Positions 57,344-64,000 of a stretch of 64,000 nucleotides of DNA are shown here, piece by piece (position 1 is the stretch's first letter; each line of letters starts with the position of its first letter). The stretch is from the NCBI GenBank assembly GCA_001600695.1, contig BCKQ01000002.1, forward strand, positions 1,561,340 to 1,625,339, given 5' to 3'. The position numbers were made by a program, and so were the translations under genes. Origin of the DNA: Ascoidea asiatica JCM 7603. Its lineage: Eukaryota > Fungi > Ascomycota. The notes beneath the pieces are model-generated. The model saw nothing but the letters and a program-made list of their open reading frames with translations. It did no database searches and was not told the DNA's origin.

Positions 57344-58675
57344 TCTGATATTCAATCAATTTCACCTTCAAATTCTTTAAATCTGTTCTCAAATAATCAT
57401 AATCATAATAATAATAATAATAATATAATATCTGATAGTTTAAATTTTAATAACAATAACAATAATTATATGTTAAATGATAATGATGATGATGATATTG
57501 ATTCAATTCCAAAATCTATAAAACCAAAAAAATCAGTTAAACTTAATATACCTGATGATTATGATTATCAAAAATTTAATGAAATTGATATAAATGATCC
57601 TTCAATTACAAATGAAGAAAAAGAACAATATCAAAGAATGAAAAGTGTTTATAATATTTATTTTGATAGACAAAATTCAATTAAAACAATGAATTCTCAA
57701 GCTCATTCTCAAGCTGAAGCTCAAATTTTAAATTATAATGAAATTAATAATATACAAACTTCTCAACCATCTCCATTACCAAGAGCTTATAATCCTGTAA
57801 GTCCTCCGCCTCAACAACCTTTACCTTTACCACATTCTATAGATACAAATGATTTTTCTGAAAATAATCCTTATGAATCAAATTCAAATTCAAATTCAAA
57901 TTCAAATATGAATATGAATATGAATATGAATATGAATATGAATATGAATATGGAAATGGAAGTTGAGAATTCTTCAAATTATTTACCTTATCCAAATGCA
58001 AATAATCCTGCTCCTCAGCTAAATAATAATAATCATCAACAACCAAAATTAAATCAAATACCTCAATCAATTAAATCACCTCAATTAAGTAATAATATTA
58101 TTGAGAAACCAATTGTTAAACCATTAAAACCTTTAAGACCTTTAGAAAAACTTCCTTCTGCATCAAATATTCATGATATTGGTTCTTCATTTACAGATTT
58201 TGCATATTCTTCAAAAGTTAAACAACAAAAAAATACAGGTAATAAAAATTTAAAACCATTTAATCCTATAGAACATAATGAAGTTTGGACTTCACCAGTT
58301 ATTCCAAATTCACCAAGTTCTGGTTTCACAAGTCAAAAAAATCTATCAAGTACAAGTTTAAATCATACTCCAATTGAAATTGAAAATAATAATTTCTCTG
58401 CTTCTCAAGTTGGAAGATCAAGTGTTGTAATGTTGAATACTGTAGATTTTGGATCATCTAAAACATATAGACCTGCTGGAAGTATGGCTAATATGAATAA
58501 AAAAAGAATACCCTCATCACCAAATCCTGATAATAATAATAACAATAACAATAATAATAATAATAATAATATGATTCCAGATACGTATAATGGTAAAGAT
58601 AAAAGAACAAATCCTAAGAAAAATCAAAAAAATCAAAAATTACTACGAAATCAATTAATGAATTCTGATTTTTAA
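56228..58675 (+). CDS. SKG6: Skg6/Tos2-family single-pass membrane polarity protein
   Basis: TM LTVGLSVSVPIIIFMIFLGFFYY followed by KKNKQEEKEFLDDPDF; conserved EQYQRMKSVYNIYFDR; next to IMP3 as in S. cerevisiae. Confidence 0.8.
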
Positions 58676-59316
58676 ATGTGATTTTTTTTTGCTTTTTTCT
58701 TTTATTTTTTTTTTATTTTTTTTAGGTTATTTCGTTCTGCGTTCATTTATTTTTTTATTTATTTTTATTTTATCTATATATATTTATTCATTATTCATTT
58801 TTTTTCGTAATTTTTTATATATAACTTTTTAAAGAATTTTTAGATTTAGGTCTTTTAATTAAAACGTTTGTTTTCCTTGGCGTTTTTTGTTCTTCTTTTT
58901 TTTTTTTTTTTTTTTCTCAAATTTCTACTTTTTATTTAAATATTTATTTTAAATTATTTATTTTGCAAACTTTGCTATTTAAGATTTCATTTATTTTCAT
59001 TTTATTCATCATAAATTAGATATCAAATAAATCATATTGTTCAGAATTCATAAGACGGTTTTTGGAGTCAAAAGACAAATGAGTAATTTCTTTTTTTGAT
59101 TTCCAATTAATTTTTATTTTTCAAATACTTTTCTGATTCATATAGATATAAGATAAGATATAATATTTATATAAATTTTCAATAAATAAGTTAGCTAGTT
59201 ATATATAAAAAGAAAAAAGAAAAAAGAAGCAAACGATGTAGTGGAATCGAAGAGAAGAATAGAATACAATACAGAGAAGTAATGTTGAATGAATTTAAAT
59301 GAAGAAAGAAGTTTAT

Positions 59317-59868
59317 TTAAGCTAATTCAAAATCATCAAGTTGATTTTTATAATTAAGTATATTTTTACGAATTTTACTTGTATTAACCCAAGTTAAATG
59401 ATCTTCCATATTTCTTGTAACTAAATAAGCAGGATCAGTTATTACATTTGGACCAACTCTTATATGACCTTGTTCTATAAAAGTTACAGCATCTTTTATA
59501 GTTTCAGCCATTTTTAATCTTTGCATTACAACACCAATTCTTCTTCTACAAAAAGCAGAAACAGTAATTTTATTTTCTAAATCAGAAATTTTAATTTTTG
59601 AATTTAATATACCTATAATATATAATTTTTCAATTAATAATTGTTCATGTTGTATTCGTATTGGATCATCCGAAGGTAATAAAGATAAATTTCTTGCTAA
59701 TTTTCTTATATCACCACAAATTTTATTATATTTATGATAATCTTCTCTATTTTGAATATAATATGTTCTCATAACTTGAGTATCACGATGATTTTGATCT
59801 TGTTTCCAATTAAGGAAATCTACTTTTTTTAATAATTTTTGTTCATGATATTTAAGTTTTCTAACCAT
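59317..59868 (-). CDS. IMP3: U3 snoRNP protein Imp3
   Basis: [49 protein letters not shown]; 183 aa. Confidence 0.97.
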   Translation of the reverse strand: MVRKLKYHEQKLLKKVDFLNWKQDQNHRDTQVMRTYYIQNREDYHKYNKICGDIRKLARNLSLLPSDDPIRIQHEQLLIEKLYIIGILNSKIKISDLENKITVSAFCRRRIGVVMQRLKMAETIKDAVTFIEQGHIRVGPNVITDPAYLVTRNMEDHLTWVNTSKIRKNILNYKNQLDDFELA

Positions 59869-60016
59869 TTTTGAAAGTTTTCTATATTATTATTAATATT
59901 ATTGATATTATTTGATTATATTTCTTCTTTTATTTAAATATCTTTAAACAATATTTCAAGAATTTCAAGAATTTCAAGAATTTCAAGAATTTAATAGTAA
60001 TAAAGTTAAAAAAAAT

Positions 60017-60076
60017 AATTTTTCAAAAAAAAAAATATTAACGGAGGTTTTGAAAAATTGAAAGAAAGTTACCCGG
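60017..60076. promoter_or_regulatory. RRPE-like elements and Reb1 site in IMP3/MRPL6 bidirectional promoter
   Basis: AATTTTTCA 60017-60025, TGAAAAATT 60051-60059, TTACCCGG 60069-60076. Confidence 0.55.
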
Positions 60077-60148
60077 CGAGTACCATAATTAAACGATTTT
60101 AAATTACTGTTTACTTATTAAAAGATATGAAATGAAATAAAATATTAA

Positions 60149-60181
<33 letters not shown>

Positions 60182-60207
60182 CAAAGAAAGAAATAATTAG
60201 GATTAAA

Positions 60208-60912
60208 ATGAGTTTAAATATTTGTAATAAATATTTAATTAAGAGTAATTATTATTCTAAAATTAGATTAAATTTAATAAAAAGATCATTTTGTGAAAGT
60301 CAAATTATAAAATCTCATATTGGATCTCAACCAATATATTTATCAAATGAAGTTTCATTTGAATTAAGAAATTTAAAAAATCCAAGGATTGTAGTTAAAG
60401 GTAGAAATAGAATAAATTTATCACAAGAAATTATAATTAAAGGACCAAAAGGTGAATTAAAAACCATTATTCCAGATTTTATTCAAGCAAATAAAAAAGA
60501 AGAAAAACTTTTAATAAAAGTTGAAAAAAATGAATTAAAAAATCAAAAAGCAATGTGGGGTACAGTTAGATCAATTGTAAATAATAATGTTATTGGAGTC
60601 ACAGATGGTCATCTTTGTATTTTAAGATTAGTTGGAACTGGATATAGAGCACAAATTGAAGATAGAGAAAATGGTAAAAAATTTGTTGGATTAAAAGTTG
60701 GATATTCAGTTTTAAAAGGTCTTGAAGTACCTGAAGGAATTGAAGTTTCTTCACCAGTTCCAACTAGAGTTATCATTGAAGGTATAGATAAACAACAAGT
60801 TAAATTATTTGCAGCCAGTCTTCGTCAATTTCATCCTCCAGAACCATATAAAGGTAAAGGAATATATATTGATGATGAAAGTATAAAATTGAAAGATAAA
60901 AAAATCAAATGA
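60208..60912 (+). CDS. MRPL6: Mitochondrial ribosomal protein uL6m
   Basis: [39 protein letters not shown]. Confidence 0.95.
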   Translation: MSLNICNKYLIKSNYYSKIRLNLIKRSFCESQIIKSHIGSQPIYLSNEVSFELRNLKNPRIVVKGRNRINLSQEIIIKGPKGELKTIIPDFIQANKKEEKLLIKVEKNELKNQKAMWGTVRSIVNNNVIGVTDGHLCILRLVGTGYRAQIEDRENGKKFVGLKVGYSVLKGLEVPEGIEVSSPVPTRVIIEGIDKQQVKLFAASLRQFHPPEPYKGKGIYIDDESIKLKDKKIK

Positions 60913-60971
60913 TGTAAAATTGAAGACCATTCTACTTCCATTTGGTGTGTTTTACTTCATTCTCTTTCTCA

Positions 60972-60981
60972 CTTGTATATA
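60972..60981 (+). promoter_or_regulatory. Puf3-type 3'UTR element CTTGTATATA
   Basis: ~60 nt after the MRPL6 stop; a TGTATATA also lies at 62191-62198 after MRPL9. Confidence 0.5.
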
Positions 60982-61228
60982 ACAATATAATCTAGATCAA
61001 TAAATAATTAATAAATTCAATGCTTTCATGCTCAGCAGACACAGCAGACAGCCATGGTAATTAATAATTAATAACTAGTAATTAGTAACTAGTAATTAGT
61101 AACTTTATTGTTCACAAAAGCAATGTCACGTGTCTTTGATGTTAATGAAAATTACTTGAGAAAAATCAGTGAGATTTTCATGGAGGAGTTGAAACGGAAA
61201 TTGATTGAAGTTGAAGGAGAGTGAATAA

Positions 61229-61299
61229 AAGAAGAAGAAGAAGAAGAAGTATATTATAGATTATTGTCAGTAGAAGAAGAAGAAGAAGAAGTAGAGGAT

Positions 61300-61330
<31 letters not shown>

Positions 61331-61344
61331 AAGAAGAAGAAGAA
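61229..61344. repeat. Interrupted (GAA)n microsatellite abutting MRPL9 start
   Basis: Three runs; the longest is 61301-61344. Confidence 0.9.
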
Positions 61345-61346
61345 TA

Positions 61347-62162
61347 ATGTACTCGATATTTAATAAACCTGTTATTTTGAGATCATGTCTTATGAGATAT
61401 TCTAGTACAGCAACTTCTGGAATAAATGGAGTAGTAAAATCAGTACCTATAAAATCATCAACAATTAAAATTCCAAATCATTCACCAGAACAAGCAAGAT
61501 TAAGAAAAAGATTACCAAGTAGACCAGGAATAATTGCAGTTAAAAAAGGAATGGTACCATATTTCAATGAAAATGGTGAAAAATTTGGATGTACAATTTT
61601 AGAATTAGATTCAGTTGAAGTTATTTATCATAAAACTATTGAAAAAGATGGATATTTTGCAGTTCAAATTGGTTATGGTAATCAAATACCAAAAAAAATT
61701 TCAAGACAAATGTTAGGACATTTTTCAAAAGCTAAAATTTCACCAAAAATGGAAGTTAGTGAATTTCAAATTAAAGATAAAAATGGATTAATACCAATTG
61801 GTACAGAATTAAAAGCAAATTATTTTAAAATTGGACAATTAGTTGATATTAAATCAATTTCAAAAGGTAAAGGATTTGCAGGAGTTATGAAAAGACATAA
61901 TTTTGGTGGTTTAAGAGCAAGTCATGGTACATCATTAGCTCATAGACATGGTGGATCTTATGGACAAAATCAAACACCTGGTAGAGTTTTACCAGGTAAA
62001 AAAATGCCTGGACATATGGGATGTAAAAATGTTACAACTAGAAATTCTAAAATTATTGAAGTTAATTCTGAAAAAGGTTATATATTAATTAAAGGACCTG
62101 TAAGTGGTGCAAATGGTGCATATATTAAAGTCCAAGATGCACGATCTAAAATTTCAACATAA
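61347..62162 (+). CDS. MRPL9: Mitochondrial ribosomal protein uL3m
   Basis: RPGIIAVKKGM, SKGKGFAGVMKRHNFGG, SHGTSLAHRHGGS, PGRVLPGKKMPGHMG. Confidence 0.95.
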   Translation: MYSIFNKPVILRSCLMRYSSTATSGINGVVKSVPIKSSTIKIPNHSPEQARLRKRLPSRPGIIAVKKGMVPYFNENGEKFGCTILELDSVEVIYHKTIEKDGYFAVQIGYGNQIPKKISRQMLGHFSKAKISPKMEVSEFQIKDKNGLIPIGTELKANYFKIGQLVDIKSISKGKGFAGVMKRHNFGGLRASHGTSLAHRHGGSYGQNQTPGRVLPGKKMPGHMGCKNVTTRNSKIIEVNSEKGYILIKGPVSGANGAYIKVQDARSKIST

Positions 62163-62330
62163 AAATAGAAATAAAGAAATTTTTAATCATTGTATATAAA
62201 TAAATATAAATATAAATATAAATATAAATATAAATATAGTAATAATAAAAACACGTAAATAAATAAAAAAATAGAAGAGAAAGGAAATTTAGACTATAAA
62301 GAAGATTTAAAAATTGAAATATAATATTAC

Positions 62331-62442
62331 TTATTTATATTGATCAGGAAGATCTACATATGGAGGAGGAGGACCCTGAGTAGTAGGTACACCATTATTA
62401 TTTGAGGTTGAGCCATAATTTTGTTGTTGTTGAATAGGAAGC

Positions 62443-62476
<34 letters not shown>

Positions 62477-62798
62477 GATATCTATAAGCTTGAGAATCAA
62501 TATTAGAATCAGTTTGAGTTGAATGAGATTGTTGTTGAGGTAAATTATTAGATTGTTGTTGAGGTAATGGAACTTGAACTAAAACTGGATAATAAATATT
62601 TTCTTCATCTTCTACATAATATGGAGGATATTTTGAAATTATATACCAACTATGTAAAATTCCTGGTAAAATTCCAAGAAAACATAATGCAATATTAATT
62701 AATAAATCAACTCCACAACCTCTTCTTATTATTACTGTTAATGGTGGAAAAAATAAACTAACAATAACTAAAATACAATCACAACAAAATCCTGACAT
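62331..62798 (-). CDS. Pmp3/Sna-family small membrane protein (Sna4-like) with PPxY motif
   Basis: FFPPLTV..GCGVDLLINIALCFLGILPGILHSWYII; N-terminal Cys cluster; poly-Q; PPPPY near the C-terminus. Confidence 0.85.
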
Positions 62799-62850
62799 TT
62801 TCTTTTTATAAATTATTATAATGTAAATGATTCAAAAGTTATTCAAAAGT

Positions 62851-62913
62851 AATATAATATAATATAATATAATATAATATAATATAATATAATATAATAT
62901 AATATAATATAAT
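62851..62913. repeat. (AATAT)n x12 microsatellite
   Basis: Read directly. Confidence 0.9.
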
Positions 62914-63036
62914 GAAATGAAATGAAATGAAAGTGAATTAAAAGAAGGTGAAGAGAATAATAATCTTTTAAATTATCAAAGCTTTTTTACCACTGTCAGA
63001 TCAAATCAAAGGTATCGCAGGCCTTAATCAATACTC

Positions 63037-63077
63037 AACCAGTACTTAACCAGTACTTAACCAGCACTTAACCAGCA
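63037..63077. repeat. 11-bp tandem repeat AACCAGYACTT x~3.5
   Basis: Read directly. Confidence 0.8.
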
Positions 63078-63332
63078 AAGGCTCGAGTGAGAACAGGAAA
63101 AGGGATGACGGACGGTTCCCCGGACGGCTGTTCAGACGCAGTTGATTCTAGTTCGAACGAAATATCTAATTATTACTAAGAAGATATCTAATTCAAATTA
63201 TAAACAATTGTTAATTAAAATATAAAATATATAAAAATTATATAAAAAAAATTGGGAGGTAAGTGCCCTATTTATATTAGTGGAAAATAGGACCGGGTAA
63301 CCCATCTTAAGAATAAATTTCTAAATTTAGAA

Positions 63333-64000
63333 TGTGACAGTTCACTTCCCATACTTAAGAAATGAAATTAAATAAAGTATTGATCTAGAAAACACTACGT
63401 CATTCTAACAACAAACACAAAGATTCTAGTACATTCGAAATGCACACAAAACTTCGAAGAGGGAATAAATAATGCAGACCCAAAACGTTCTCGTAAATTT
63501 AACATGTACACGGAAGTTTGGGAACGCAATAGAATGTAGTCGAAGACCAATCTATGCTATCTTAGAAAGTCTAAGAATAGCCTAGAATATTCGAAGACAA
63601 CTCCAATAAAAGAGTAAAATGATTAACAATCAAATACCCCTCGTTTACAAATCAAAAGCCCTTAAAAGTTTAGTTAATTTTGATTTATCACCATTTCGTA
63701 ATTTTTGATAATGATTCAAACTTTTTTTAATTAGATGCTTATCATCAGTCAAAACAAAAAATAATCTATTATCCTTTACTTTATTTTCAATATGAGCACC
63801 GTTTAAAGTAGAAAGTTTGTAAACATTATTATCAAAAACTTTTGTCACAATATGTGGACCATTATAATATGGTTCTAATTGGTGTTGTTTAACTCTTTGT
63901 CTTAAAACATAATCACCTACTTCAAAAACTTTAATGACTGCTTTGTCTTCTTGAAGGTTCTTTTTAGTATTTTCAATGTGTCATTTAAATTTAGAATGCT
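63333..64000 (-). mobile_element. Ty3/gypsy retrotransposon 3' remnant: integrase tail, PPT, probable LTR
   Basis: Minus frame 63980-63645 reads FEVGDYVL...LEPYYNGPHIVTKV..NVYKL (GPY/F module). Purine-rich AAACGAGGGG overlaps and follows the stop. Probable LTR ~63333-63630 (TGT...ACA; limits uncertain). In-frame TGA at 63981-63983. Confidence 0.75.

Noticed and set aside
1-64000. tRNA, rRNA, snRNA genes and CRISPR arrays
   Set aside because: No tRNA cloverleaf/B-box, snRNA signature or repeat-spacer array recognised by eye; divergent ncRNAs cannot be excluded without Infernal or tRNAscan.

Overview
Very AT-rich, gene-dense budding-yeast (Saccharomycotina) nuclear DNA with Asn-rich low-complexity proteins. 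Composition and scarce CTG codons suggest an Ascoidea-like yeast, but this is inference only. About 23 protein genes in order: NUP133, ASE1, SGT1, a BRG1/GAT2-type GATA factor (1.1-kb intron), FAL1 (two introns, 11-nt microexon), SWT1, MNN4-family, ERV46, MKK1/2, ULS1, an unrecognised 1082-aa protein with SUMO-like domains at both ends, a divergent Rho1 paralogue, YPT52, GET4, HOS2, PHO81, ANP1 (intron), an ultra-AT-rich orphan, SKG6/TOS2, IMP3, MRPL6, MRPL9 and a SNA/PMP3-family gene. The window ends in a decayed Ty3/gypsy integrase 3' end. Most notable: (1) the double-SUMO-like-domain coiled-coil gene head-to-head with ULS1; (2) an ORF-less 1.87-kb segment bounded by 51-bp inverted repeats upstream of FAL1; (3) recurrent ~50% GC islands in promoters, GC-richer than the genes; (4) splice structures missed by the ORF track; (5) a Rho1 paralogue with an altered effector loop. 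No tRNA, rRNA or CRISPR was recognised. All calls were made by eye; no searches were run.
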